DNA of 64,000 nucleotides from an uncultured Candidatus Binatia bacterium (GTDB lineage: Bacteria > Desulfobacterota > Binatia > UBA9968 > JAJDTQ01): positions 3,392,001-3,456,000 of the forward strand of contig OZ244070.1 of assembly GCA_965215605.1 (NCBI GenBank). Reading direction: 5' to 3'. Each line of letters begins with the position of its first letter. Positions within the stretch are counted from its first letter, which is position 1. The notes under the pieces are model-generated. The model was not told the DNA's origin. It ran no database searches and saw nothing but the letters and a program-made list of their open reading frames with translations. Below, piece by piece: positions 28,217 to 37,610 of this stretch. The position numbers and the translations under genes were made by a program.

Positions 28217-29106
28217 GCGGGCGCCAGCATCTTCTCCACGAAGAACTCCGCCGCCCGGTAGGAGCTTCGCACCATGGGGCCGGCGGCCACGTAGCGGAAG
28301 CCCAGCCCCATACCCTGTTTTTCATAGTCCCGGAAGCGGTCCGGGTGCAGGTATTCGGCCACCGCGACGTGCTTCTTCGTGGGCCGGAGGTACTGGCCCA
28401 AGGTGAGGATGTCCACGTCCCGGGCCCGCAGGTCCCGCATGGCTTCCAGGACCTCTCCAGCCTTTTCTCCCAGACCCAGCAGGATCGCGCTCTTGGTGTA
28501 GACCCGGGGGTTCAGGCTCTTGACGCGGGCCAGCACGTCCAGGGTCTGCTCGTAGCCGCACCGCGCGTCGCGGGCGTAGCGGGTGAGGCGTCGGACGGTT
28601 TCGATGTTCTGGCCGATGACTTGCGGGGCGGCGTCGACGATTGTGCGGAGCGCGGCCAAGTCGCCGCGAAAATCCGGGATCAGCGCCTCGATGATCAGGT
28701 CCGGGCAGCGCCGGCGGGTCTCACGGATGGTGTCGGCGAAGGTCCCCGCGCCGCCGTCCTCCAGGTCGTCCCGGTCTACGGAGGTGATGACCACGTAGCG
28801 GAGGTTCATCCGCGCCAGCGCCTCGGCCACGCGTCCGGGCTCGTCCGGATCGACCGGAACGCCGGCCTTGGCGGTCTTGACGGCGCAGAACCGGCACCCG
28901 CGGGTGCACACGTCCCCCAGGATCATGATGGTGGCGGTGCCGGACTGCCAGCACTCGGCCAGGTTGGGGCAGCGGGCCTCCTCGCATACCGTGTGCAGCT
29001 TCAGCCCGCGGAAGCTTTCCTTGAGGCGGTTGTAGGCGGCGCCGGAAGGCAGCCGGACCTTGAGCCACGGCGGTTTGTGTCCTGGCTGCGGGCGTGGGTC
29101 GGTCAT
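28213..29106 (-). CDS. lipA: Lipoyl synthase
   Basis: [45 protein letters not shown]. Confidence 0.96.
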   Translation of the reverse strand: MTDPRPQPGHKPPWLKVRLPSGAAYNRLKESFRGLKLHTVCEEARCPNLAECWQSGTATIMILGDVCTRGCRFCAVKTAKAGVPVDPDEPGRVAEALARMNLRYVVITSVDRDDLEDGGAGTFADTIRETRRRCPDLIIEALIPDFRGDLAALRTIVDAAPQVIGQNIETVRRLTRYARDARCGYEQTLDVLARVKSLNPRVYTKSAILLGLGEKAGEVLEAMRDLRARDVDILTLGQYLRPTKKHVAVAEYLHPDRFRDYEKQGMGLGFRYVAAGPMVRSSYRAAEFFVEKMLAPA

Positions 29107-29122
29107 CAATTTCCAGACTAAC

Positions 29123-29304
29123 CCACGGCTGGGGAAAAGGCCATCGAACAGCATGGCCCCCCTGGACCCCGGGTCAGGTCCGGGGTGACGGGAGGGGAGG
29201 CCACGGCTCGGGAAGAGACCGTCGAGCTGCGGGGCTCGTGGGTCAAGCCTCGGGATGCCGGAGGGCAGACCCAACGTCATCCCGAGGCTTGACCCACGAG
29301 CCCC
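29123..29304. repeat. Composite REP-like cluster
   Basis: Two imperfect direct repeats (CCACGGCT.GG.AA.AG.CC.TCGA at 29123 and 29201), REP-like hairpin 29163-29190, perfect 27-bp inverted repeat 29231-29257/29278-29304. Confidence 0.7.
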
Positions 29305-29316
29305 ACCGACCACGGA

Positions 29317-30612
29317 TCACGACTCGAAGTAGCCTCCGACGATGGCGTCGTGCCAGAGACGGCACACCGGCGGAATGATGCCGCGCGGGAGGTCGTCGTA
29401 GGTGAGGCCCCAGGTGTGGATGCCGGCGCCCAGCGAGACGCAGGCGACCTTGGGCGCAGGGTCCATGGCCGCGTAGAGCGGCAGCGAGTCGCAGCACCGC
29501 TGGAGCGTTACGGTGTCGTCGTCGAGCCCGTGAAGCGAGAGCACGGAGGGAACCGGCTTGGCGCCGGGGCCCGGCAGTTCCCGCAGGTAACCGAGGTAGC
29601 GGTCGACAAGCTGTTGCTCGGCGGCGGCTCCCATCCTGAGGCGCCCGGCGGTGACCCGGGCCGCCTGTTCCAGCGCGGCGGCGCCGTTCTTGTGGACGAA
29701 GTCCTCGGCCTTGAAGTTGGTGCGTTTCCGGGACGCCTCCCACTTCTCCATCGTCAGCTCCATCAGCATGGGCAGGCCGTAGCCCTTGTCCTTGAGCCCT
29801 TCGTAGAGGTAGCGGGCGGTGTCGCGCCAGGTCCGCAGCCGCAGGTGGTTGAACGGGAACTCCCACCGGTCGCCGGTGGTGGCGGTGTAGATGTAGGCAA
29901 ACGTCGACGAGCCGTACCCCAGCACGCCCGCGACGTTGGCCACCCGTTGGGCCGTGATCATGGCGAAGGGTCCGCCGGTGGAGTGGCCGTGGACGTAGAT
30001 TGAATACTCGGATTCGGGGAACTCGCGGCGGCAGCTCTCCTTCAGCGCTTCCTCGAAGGCGACGGGCCAAGCGGCCATGCGATGGTAGAACTCGGTTCCC
30101 TCTCGGGCCACCAGCGAGATCACGGTGCCGTAGCTGCTGCGGCGGGCGTCGTCCCGAGCGACCTCGTACTGATCGGGGGTGATGTGGGTCTCCCGGGTCC
30201 ACAGCGGCGTCCGTCCGGTGCCGTCGGGCTCCAGCGTGTCGCCGGGCCAGTCACGGGAAGGGTCCAGGAGGTACAGGCGTCCCGGAAAGGTCATCAGCGT
30301 GACCTTGAAGCCGAACTTCGTGGCGAGCATGCGGGCCACCGGCTCCAGCGACTTGTAGTCCGACGTGCCGCCGTGCAGCAGGAAGATGCCGGCGCGCCTT
30401 CCGTCCGGGGCCATGGGGACCCGGCCCGGGTCCTTGGGCTCGTAGGTCATGGTGCCGATGTCCCAGTCCATGTCCAGGGCCTGGATGCGGAAGATGTCCT
30501 CGCGGTTTTCCACCGCGATATCGGGCAGCGCCAGGGTCTCCTCCGACAGCTTGACGACCTCGGGACGGGGAATGGTGCCGGGCGGCGCCCATGTGCCGGT
30601 TGGTTGATTCAT
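29317..30612 (-). CDS. Alpha/beta-hydrolase fold protein of unknown function
   Basis: LLHGG oxyanion region, GHSTGG nucleophile elbow, LHGLDDDT acid, GIHT His. Confidence 0.65.
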   Translation of the reverse strand: MNQPTGTWAPPGTIPRPEVVKLSEETLALPDIAVENREDIFRIQALDMDWDIGTMTYEPKDPGRVPMAPDGRRAGIFLLHGGTSDYKSLEPVARMLATKFGFKVTLMTFPGRLYLLDPSRDWPGDTLEPDGTGRTPLWTRETHITPDQYEVARDDARRSSYGTVISLVAREGTEFYHRMAAWPVAFEEALKESCRREFPESEYSIYVHGHSTGGPFAMITAQRVANVAGVLGYGSSTFAYIYTATTGDRWEFPFNHLRLRTWRDTARYLYEGLKDKGYGLPMLMELTMEKWEASRKRTNFKAEDFVHKNGAAALEQAARVTAGRLRMGAAAEQQLVDRYLGYLRELPGPGAKPVPSVLSLHGLDDDTVTLQRCCDSLPLYAAMDPAPKVACVSLGAGIHTWGLTYDDLPRGIIPPVCRLWHDAIVGGYFES

Positions 30613-30663
30613 TCAGAGGACTCCGTTTCCTGAAGCAGAAGGTGAAGCGCGCGGCGCCGGCGT

Positions 30664-31968
30664 TCAGATGCCGAGGAGCCCCTTCTGGCCGTAGTAGTAT
30701 ACCCCGGCGAGGGCGCCGGTCATGAGGGTGGCGATGGTGGCGCCCACCAAGGCTCGGATGCCCAGCGACGAGAGGTCGCCGCGGCGCGAGGGCGCCAGCG
30801 CGCCGATGCCGCCGACGAACACCCCCACCGAGGCCACGTGGGCAAAACCACACAGGGTGTACGAGAGAATCAGGATGCCCCGCGGTGAAACCGCCCCCTC
30901 GGCCCCGAGCCTGCCGAGTTCCTGGTAAGCCACCACTTCCGTGAGGATGGCCCGCCCGCCCAGGATTCGGCCGGCGGGCACGAGGTCAGCTCCGGGCAGC
31001 CCCAGGAGCCAGGCGAGGGGCGTGAACAGCCATCCCAGGATGCGGCGGAGGTCCAGGGGCCCGCCCAGCGCATCGCTCAGCGGGGCCGTGAGCCTGACGA
31101 GCCCGTGGTCGATGAGCGCCACGGTTCCCAGGACCGCGATGAGCAGGGTGGCGATGCCGGCGGCCAGCTTGAGCCCTTCCCAGGATCCGTCCATCAACGC
31201 CGCCATGGTGTTCTGTTTGCGCTGGTCGTCGGCCATGGGCGGCACCGCTCCCAGGGTCTCCGGGGCTTCGGTTTCGGGCAGCATCAGCTTGGAAGCCAGG
31301 GCGGCGGCCGGAATGGACATGATGGACGCCGACACCAAGTGCCCGGTAATGAGCGGGAAGCTGTCCTTGAGGAACAGGACGTAGAGCGCCAGAGTCGTGG
31401 ACGCGACCGTCGCCATGCCGCACGTGAGCAGTGTCAGCAGTTCGGAGCGTGTCATGCGTTCGACATAGGGACGCACGGTCATGGCCGATTCCACGCCGAT
31501 AAAGATGTTGGAAGAACCGGCCAGGGACTCCGCGCCCGAGAGTGCCATGGTCCTGTGGAACAGAACGGCGAAGAGCCTCACGATGGGCTGCAGGAGGCGC
31601 AGGTGGTAGAGCGCCGCCATCAGGGATGCGAAGAACACCACCGCCGGCAACACCTGGGTGGCCAGGACGAAGCCTACCGACGGCGATCCTCCCGGAGTGG
31701 TCTCGCCCGGGTTGAGCGCCAGCGGACCGAACAGGAAACGGGCGCCTTCGTTTCCCGCCCTGAGGACCGTGATGACGGTGTCGTTGACCCATATAAGGAC
31801 GGTCCGCGTCCAGGGGGCCCAGAACACCACCGCGCCGAGGACCAGCATCAGGCCCCCGGCCGTGAGCACGGTACGCCAAGGCACCGGACGCCGGAAGCCG
31901 CCCGCGGCCCAGGCCAGGAATGCCAGTGCGATCAGGCCCCCAAGGGAGCCGAGGTTGAGCCAGCTCAT
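30664..31968 (-). CDS. Concentrative nucleoside transporter (CNT/NupC family)
   Basis: FLFGPL, QVLPAVVFF, NIFIG..ES, MTRSEL..GMATVA, SYTLCGFA. Confidence 0.92.
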   Translation of the reverse strand: MSWLNLGSLGGLIALAFLAWAAGGFRRPVPWRTVLTAGGLMLVLGAVVFWAPWTRTVLIWVNDTVITVLRAGNEGARFLFGPLALNPGETTPGGSPSVGFVLATQVLPAVVFFASLMAALYHLRLLQPIVRLFAVLFHRTMALSGAESLAGSSNIFIGVESAMTVRPYVERMTRSELLTLLTCGMATVASTTLALYVLFLKDSFPLITGHLVSASIMSIPAAALASKLMLPETEAPETLGAVPPMADDQRKQNTMAALMDGSWEGLKLAAGIATLLIAVLGTVALIDHGLVRLTAPLSDALGGPLDLRRILGWLFTPLAWLLGLPGADLVPAGRILGGRAILTEVVAYQELGRLGAEGAVSPRGILILSYTLCGFAHVASVGVFVGGIGALAPSRRGDLSSLGIRALVGATIATLMTGALAGVYYYGQKGLLGI

Positions 31969-32061
31969 CGTGTTCCTTGAAAGGATTCCGAGGATGATGG
32001 AATTGAGGCATACCCATCGGGACAAGTCAACGTTCTGAAGGCCGCCGGGCCGAGCTCTTTG

Positions 32062-32090
32062 TTGACAAGCTTCGTGGAGCGAGTTAATAC
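32062..32090 (+). promoter_or_regulatory. Putative sigma70 promoter for the amidohydrolase
   Basis: TTGACA-17nt-TAATAC. Confidence 0.5.
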
Positions 32091-32181
32091 CGCAAAATGC
32101 CGATTCGGCGGAAGCCATGGCGCGGGGATGGCGCCGGATCCGTGAACGCAACCACAACACCGGCTCTGCAGGAGGTTACCG

Positions 32182-33258
32182 ATGGCAAAGTACCAGATCA
32201 TTGACGGCGACGGCCACGTTGTAGAGGACATGGAGGCCATCACCAGCCGCTTTCCGGAAGCGGTGCAGCAGCAGATGCGCTGGTCCAACCCGTTTCCGCC
32301 GCTGGATCATCTCCATTCCGCCAACGCACACAAGCTCCCGGAGGGGTCGTTCCAGCAGGTGGGCTTCGACGGCTGGGTGGAGTTCCTGGAAGACGTGGGC
32401 ATCGACCGGACGGTCCTGTATCCCACCGTGGGCCTTTCCTACGGCAAGGTGGTGAGCCAGGACTGGGCCATTGACCTGGCGCGGTCCTACAATGACTGGA
32501 TCGCCGAGAACTACATCCACAAGAGCCCGAGATTCCAGGCCGTGGCGCTGATCCCGTTGCAGGAGCCGGACGAGGCGGTGAAGGAACTGCGCCGGGCGGT
32601 GGAGGAACTGGGGATGTGCGGCGCCATGCTGCCGTCCACGGGAATCCAGCTCCATCTGGGCCACAAGTACTACTGGCCCATCTACGAAGAGGCCAACCGG
32701 CTGGGCTGCTGCCTCGGCATCCACGGCGGCGCGCACGAGAACCTGGGCATGGACGACCTGCATCCGTACGCCCCGGTCCATGCGCTGGGCCACCCCTTCG
32801 GGCAGATGATCTCCTTCGGAGGCATCGTCTTCAACGGCATCTTCGACAAGTACCCCAACGTGCGCATCGGCTTCCTGGAAGGGGGCGTCGCCTGGCTGTT
32901 GATGTGCCTCGAGCGCTTCGACCGTTCCTACGAGACCCACATCCAGCACGATCCGCGGGCGGAGTTCCTGCAACTCCAGGAGGGCGAGGCGGTCAGCGAC
33001 TACGTGAAGCGGCACATCGAGGAGGGCCGGATCTTCGTGGGTTGCGAAGGACACGAGCCCGACTTGGCCCACGCCATCAGGACCGTGGGAAACAAGCCCT
33101 GGGTCTATTCCTCGGATTTCCCCCACGAGGTGAACAACGAGTTCTGCAAGGAAGAGCTGGGCGAGGTGATCGAGAGCGAGGAGCTCACCGAGGAGGACAA
33201 GACCGCGGTGCTGTCCCGCAACGCCGAGCGCTTCTACAACCTGCCCAGCGGGCTCTAG
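32182..33258 (+). CDS. Amidohydrolase family protein (Amidohydro_2 type)
   Basis: IIDGDGHV, VLYPT, YNDW, LGIH, FLEGG, SSDFPH, NAERFY; RBS AGGAGG. Confidence 0.88.
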   Translation: MAKYQIIDGDGHVVEDMEAITSRFPEAVQQQMRWSNPFPPLDHLHSANAHKLPEGSFQQVGFDGWVEFLEDVGIDRTVLYPTVGLSYGKVVSQDWAIDLARSYNDWIAENYIHKSPRFQAVALIPLQEPDEAVKELRRAVEELGMCGAMLPSTGIQLHLGHKYYWPIYEEANRLGCCLGIHGGAHENLGMDDLHPYAPVHALGHPFGQMISFGGIVFNGIFDKYPNVRIGFLEGGVAWLLMCLERFDRSYETHIQHDPRAEFLQLQEGEAVSDYVKRHIEEGRIFVGCEGHEPDLAHAIRTVGNKPWVYSSDFPHEVNNEFCKEELGEVIESEELTEEDKTAVLSRNAERFYNLPSGL

Positions 33259-33311
33259 CGTGACGCCAAACTACACTCGCCGAAGGAAAGGAGCGGAGGG
33301 GAGTCCCGGAC

Positions 33312-33554
33312 TCATTGGTTCCGGAGAATCTTCTCCAACTCCTTTCGTTCACTCTCCTGGATCTTGCCGCCGGTGGGAGTCTCTCCGGCGGGACCCGTGA
33401 AGTCGATTCCCTTGAACCGGAAGGTGGCGAGATTCAGGATCTCGTCTCGATAGAGCCATCCCAACAACGCGGCCAGTATGATAACCGGGAGCAGGAGCCA
33501 GACGCGGCCCCCCTGCCTCTTCTTTCTGCTCGTGCGTTTTCTCTTGGCAGCCAT
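33312..33554 (-). CDS. Small single-pass membrane protein, hypothetical
   Basis: Basic N-terminus, one hydrophobic helix, charged C-terminal helix (ERKELEKIL). Confidence 0.6.
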   Translation of the reverse strand: MAAKRKRTSRKKRQGGRVWLLLPVIILAALLGWLYRDEILNLATFRFKGIDFTGPAGETPTGGKIQESERKELEKILRNQ

Positions 33555-33817
33555 CGGACGGGGTTCTTCTCTAGTCGGAGATCTTGCGGCGACTTGTCAG
33601 CTCCAGCCCGACAGCAACAGCGGCTCGGGCCACAAGACGTGCAGCAATACATCAAATACCAGATACAGGTAGCCTTCGGCCAACGCTCCCAAGAGCACGG
33701 CCACGCGGCGCCGAAGGCGCGCTTCGCCTCGCGTGGGGTAGCCGTCGAGGATGGTGGTCTGGGACCCGGCGCTGCCGGGCATGGCGATGAGCACCGAGGG
33801 GAAGGTGCGGGGATGGT

Positions 33818-34621
33818 TCAGCTCTCGCTGATATCGATCATCACCCCGTCGGGATCCGCGAGCTGGTATTCGCCGAACTTGCACTTGGCGAACAGATCCA
33901 GACGCGCCTCCGCCTCCGAGCCCCCGCCTACCGGGCCCGGACTCAGGTAGGGGTTGCGCTTTGACAGCTCTTCGAGCCGGTCCTTGACCGCCTGCACGCT
34001 TTCCACCTTGAAGCCGATATGGTCCAGTGCCGGGCGCTCGATGCCGGTGCCCGCGTAGTCGGAGATCTTCCAGGGCGCGATGATCAGGGTGACCCGGCCG
34101 TCGGTCAGGTAGGTGTTGGGATCGTCCGCGGGTTTCTCGGTTTCCAGCAGGTCGAAGACGTCCCGGTAAAATCCGGCCACCCGCTCCGGCTCCACCGCGC
34201 GCAACACGAAATGCTTGACGTAGCGGTCCGCCTGGCGATCGCCGTCCACGTAAACGTCCGTGCGGTTCTCCATCCCTTCCTGGGAAAGGTCGAAGACGTT
34301 CCCGGCGGGATCGTGGGTGCTGAGGCCGGCGAACGGGCGATTGCTCGGCCGTTTCAGGATATGCACCTCTGGGTACTTGTCATGCATGCGCGCGGCCACG
34401 GCCTCGACGTCGTCCACCTCGAAGCCGAAGTGGTCGAACCCGCCCTGACGCCCGGGGCGGCGCGGGTTGATGTTGATGCCCACGTAACCGTCGCTGACCA
34501 CCGAAGCGCTCTCGATCCGGGCCCGCGCGGCGGTCGTCATGCCGAAAACGGCTTGGTAGAACTTCTCCTCGATGGCGTAGTTCTCGCTGACGATGGCCAG
34601 GTGCTTGATCTTCGTGCTCAT
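33818..34621 (-). CDS. VOC/glyoxalase family protein (two domains)
   Basis: IKHLAI, FYQAVFG, DHFGFEV, DPAGN; second domain DHIGFKV, DPDG; RBS GGAGG. Confidence 0.85.
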   Translation of the reverse strand: MSTKIKHLAIVSENYAIEEKFYQAVFGMTTAARARIESASVVSDGYVGININPRRPGRQGGFDHFGFEVDDVEAVAARMHDKYPEVHILKRPSNRPFAGLSTHDPAGNVFDLSQEGMENRTDVYVDGDRQADRYVKHFVLRAVEPERVAGFYRDVFDLLETEKPADDPNTYLTDGRVTLIIAPWKISDYAGTGIERPALDHIGFKVESVQAVKDRLEELSKRNPYLSPGPVGGGSEAEARLDLFAKCKFGEYQLADPDGVMIDISES

Positions 34622-34647
34622 GGCTTGGTCCCTCCCTTTCGTGCGTT

Positions 34648-34673
34648 GTAGGGGCGGGTCAAAAATCCGCCCG
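34648..34673. repeat. REP-like hairpin (GTAGGGGCGGGT..CCGCCC)
   Basis: GTAG-headed imperfect palindrome; related to 36196-36224. Confidence 0.5.
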
Positions 34674-34686
34674 AACCCGTATCGAA

Positions 34687-35622
34687 TCAACCTGCCCGCA
34701 GCGCCAGCTTGCCCCGAGTATGACCCGTTTTGCTCATCTCGTGGGCCTTTCGCGCCTGGTCCAGCGGAAGCGTATCATGGACGTGGACCCGGAGGTGCCC
34801 CTGTTCGGCCAAGTCGGCGATGGCGCGAAGCTGCGGCGGATCGGTGCGGACCGAGACGTGCTGCGCCCGGACCCCGCGGGTCGCGGCTTGCTCCGAGCTG
34901 GGTCTCCCGCGAATCGAAGCCAGCAGGCCGCCGGGCTTGAGAACGCCCCAAGACCGTTCCTGGACATCGCCGCCGACGCAGTCCAGCACCACGTCTACGT
35001 CTTCGGCCAAGTCCTCGAAGCGGCTCTCGCTGTAGTCGATGATGCTGTCGGCGCCCAACTCGTTCAGGAACTCCCGGTTGCGTGCCGACGCCGTGCCGAT
35101 GACGTGAGCGCCTTTCCATTTGGCGAGCTGGACCGCGATGTGGCCCACGCCTCCGGCGGCCGCGTGAATCAGGACGGTTTGGTCTGCCTGAAGGCCGGCC
35201 GTGTCGAAAAGGGCCTGCCACGCGGTCAAGGCCGCCAGCGGCAGCCCGGCGGCCTGCGCATCGTCCAGAGTGTCGGGTTTGGCCACCAGATCCGAGGCCG
35301 GCGCGGCGACGTATTCCGCGTAGCCGCCGCCTCCCCAGTGCCAGCGCACCATCCCGCAGACCCTGTCGCCGACCTTGAAGTCGGAGACGTTGGCGCCGAG
35401 CTTCTCGACCACCCCCGACACGTCCCAGCCCGGGATGAAGGGGAACGGATCGTCGAGCCGCGACGCGACTCCCTCGCCAGCGCAGGTCTTCCAGTCCACC
35501 GGATTGATGCCGGCGGCATGAATCCGCACGAGCACCTCGCCGTCCCGGGGTTCCGGTGTCGGCGCCTCCTCGACCCTGAGGCTGTCGAGACCGCCGAACT
35601 CGTGTATCCGCACGGCTTTCAT
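34687..35622 (-). CDS. NADP-dependent oxidoreductase (MDR/quinone reductase family)
   Basis: MKAVRIHEFG, GINPVDWK, PGWDVSG, AAAGGVG, HTRGK. Confidence 0.92.
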   Translation of the reverse strand: MKAVRIHEFGGLDSLRVEEAPTPEPRDGEVLVRIHAAGINPVDWKTCAGEGVASRLDDPFPFIPGWDVSGVVEKLGANVSDFKVGDRVCGMVRWHWGGGGYAEYVAAPASDLVAKPDTLDDAQAAGLPLAALTAWQALFDTAGLQADQTVLIHAAAGGVGHIAVQLAKWKGAHVIGTASARNREFLNELGADSIIDYSESRFEDLAEDVDVVLDCVGGDVQERSWGVLKPGGLLASIRGRPSSEQAATRGVRAQHVSVRTDPPQLRAIADLAEQGHLRVHVHDTLPLDQARKAHEMSKTGHTRGKLALRAG

Positions 35623-35677
35623 ACGGTTTGCCTATCCCAGGGGGCGTGTCGTTGGCAACAGGAATCGCCCGGCCGCG

Positions 35678-36139
35678 CTACGAGCCTTTGCCCTCCGCGT
35701 CCCAATCGAACATGCGCCGCCGGCGTCTGGCGTTGAAGTTGATGACCTCCAGCAGCAGTCCATCGGGATCCGAGAAGAAAGTCGCGTAGTAGTCAGGGGA
35801 GTACTGGGTGTAGGCCCGCGGCTCGGTTGCCTCGATACCGGCCGCCCGAAGCTCCCTGCAGGCCCGGTCCACGGCCTGCTCGTCCACCACGCGAAAGCAC
35901 AGGTGGGACGGAGACCCCGGCGCGGCGCGCGATTCCGCCGGACCATCCGGCTCGTTCTGGCGCACGATCCAGTAGCTGAGGTGGCGGTTGTCGTAACGCG
36001 CCCGTGGCGAAACCTTGTTGGACACCGCGCCCTTCCGGAAGCCCAGGACCGGCATGACCCGGTCGTAGAAGGCTTCGGCCGTGGCAAGGTCCCGGACGGG
36101 GACGAAGACGTGGTCGATACAGATGACTTCAACGGGCAT
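35678..36139 (-). CDS. VOC/glyoxalase family protein
   Basis: IDHVFVPV, FYD, HLCF, YYATFFSDPDG..LE. Confidence 0.85.
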   Translation of the reverse strand: MPVEVICIDHVFVPVRDLATAEAFYDRVMPVLGFRKGAVSNKVSPRARYDNRHLSYWIVRQNEPDGPAESRAAPGSPSHLCFRVVDEQAVDRACRELRAAGIEATEPRAYTQYSPDYYATFFSDPDGLLLEVINFNARRRRRMFDWDAEGKGS

Positions 36140-36195
36140 GGTGTTTCCTTCCCCGGCGCGGTCCGGGAGCCTGTATCGGCCGTGGCTCGGTGCGG

Positions 36196-36224
36196 GCACG
36201 GGCGGGTTTGAAACCCGCCCGTGC
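36196..36224. repeat. REP-like hairpin GCACGGGCGGGTTTGAAACCCGCCCGTGC
   Basis: Near-perfect palindrome in an intergenic gap; may also act as a terminator. Confidence 0.55.
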
Positions 36225-36284
36225 ATCGGACATCTGATTTCTACGGCGCCCGGGCCGGGGGCGTAAACGGGACCGGACATGAAC

Positions 36285-37610
36285 TCAGTGTGCCCGGCAG
36301 GTCCAGTTCCGGCTGCCCCACAGGTCCGTGCCGCCGATGATGGCGTCGACGGCGTCGAGGCTCATGGCGTCGAGGGCCGAGACCACGGGGGCGCCGGGGT
36401 AGTTGAGGACCTGGAGCCGTTCGTAGGCGCCGACCACCCGGTCGGCGGGCGGCAGCTCCAGGGCGAGGTCACGGCTGCCGGTGCTCACCACCGCGTCGGC
36501 CGTGTCATCGTAGAACAGCAGCGGCGAGTCCACGCCGTCCTTGCCGCCGTACTCGTAGGTGACCAGCACGGTCTTGATCCCCTTCTGCTCACACGCGTGC
36601 ACGGTCAGCATGACCTCCAGGAAGGCATTGCCGGAGCCGATCCAGGTGACGAGGGCCGCCTCCGCGCCCAGTGCCCGGGCCACCTGCGCCGCGTTGTGCG
36701 CCGCCACTTCCTTCTCCCGGAAGCTCTCGAAGCGTATGCGTTGCAGCACCACGCCGGCGAAATCGAGCCGGCGGCCGTGCTCCCGGGACACGCTCAGGGC
36801 CAGCGGCTGGTTCTGCCAATCCCAGGTGGTGGGCGAGTAGGCGATGGTCTTCATGGTGCTGCCCGTGACCGCGCCGTCAAGCAACTCGTTGGGGTGAACC
36901 ACGGTGCTCAGCGATTCGCGGACCGGCAGTCCGTAGTAGCCCAGGCCGGAGGGCAGATGCTCCGACTCGGTGATGCAGCCCACGATGACCACGGTCTTGG
37001 GCAGGCGCGGGTTTCCGTGGGCGGCGCCGTGCGTGTGGACGTCGGCGGGCTCGGCGGCGACGGTGGCCTCGGCAAGCCGTTGCGCCACGCGGTACTCGGC
37101 GCCTTGGATCGCCTGATGGGCCTGGGCCTCGATCAGGCCCGACGGGAGCCGGAAAGTCAGCACGAGGCCCGGGAACCGGCTGAAGCCCGTGAGTTCCGCC
37201 CCCGGCCCCCACATGTCGAGGATGGCGCTTCGCTGGGCGGTGGTGCCGGTGCGGATGGTGCCCTCGTATTCGGCCGTGGTGATGAGGGTCATGCCGGACA
37301 GCCGGTGGGTACGGCCGGCGCCTACCGCAACCACCGGGTTGGTGATCCCGGGGAACACCTGACCGGTGCCGTCCACCTTGACCCTGGGCTCCACCACGTC
37401 GCGGATGCCGGTCACCCGCGCCCGCTCGCCGGGACGCACGATGTCGAGCCTGGCGGAGAGTATCCTGGGATCCCGTGAAGCGATCTCCAACAGCTCCGCC
37501 TCGGCCACCTCCAGGTTCCGGCCGGCGTAGTTCAGCTTTCCGCCGAAGTGAAGATCCTCTACGGGAAAGTCCGCCAGCTCCAGCGGCGTGGCATGCCGGG
37601 CGAGGCTCAT
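36285..37610 (-). CDS. Glycine/sarcosine/betaine reductase component B proprotein (GrdE-like)
   Basis: PGERARV..DVVEPRVK, G.GRTHRL, LDMWGPGAELT.FS, HPNELLDGA, GIKTV..E..G.DG, AVVSTG. Confidence 0.82.
   Translation of the reverse strand: MSLARHATPLELADFPVEDLHFGGKLNYAGRNLEVAEAELLEIASRDPRILSARLDIVRPGERARVTGIRDVVEPRVKVDGTGQVFPGITNPVVAVGAGRTHRLSGMTLITTAEYEGTIRTGTTAQRSAILDMWGPGAELTGFSRFPGLVLTFRLPSGLIEAQAHQAIQGAEYRVAQRLAEATVAAEPADVHTHGAAHGNPRLPKTVVIVGCITESEHLPSGLGYYGLPVRESLSTVVHPNELLDGAVTGSTMKTIAYSPTTWDWQNQPLALSVSREHGRRLDFAGVVLQRIRFESFREKEVAAHNAAQVARALGAEAALVTWIGSGNAFLEVMLTVHACEQKGIKTVLVTYEYGGKDGVDSPLLFYDDTADAVVSTGSRDLALELPPADRVVGAYERLQVLNYPGAPVVSALDAMSLDAVDAIIGGTDLWGSRNWTCRAH

Noticed and set aside
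33597-33782. Possible 61-aa hydrophobic ORF between the VOC gene and the small membrane protein
   Set aside because: No RBS or recognisable motif; cannot be supported, though not excluded
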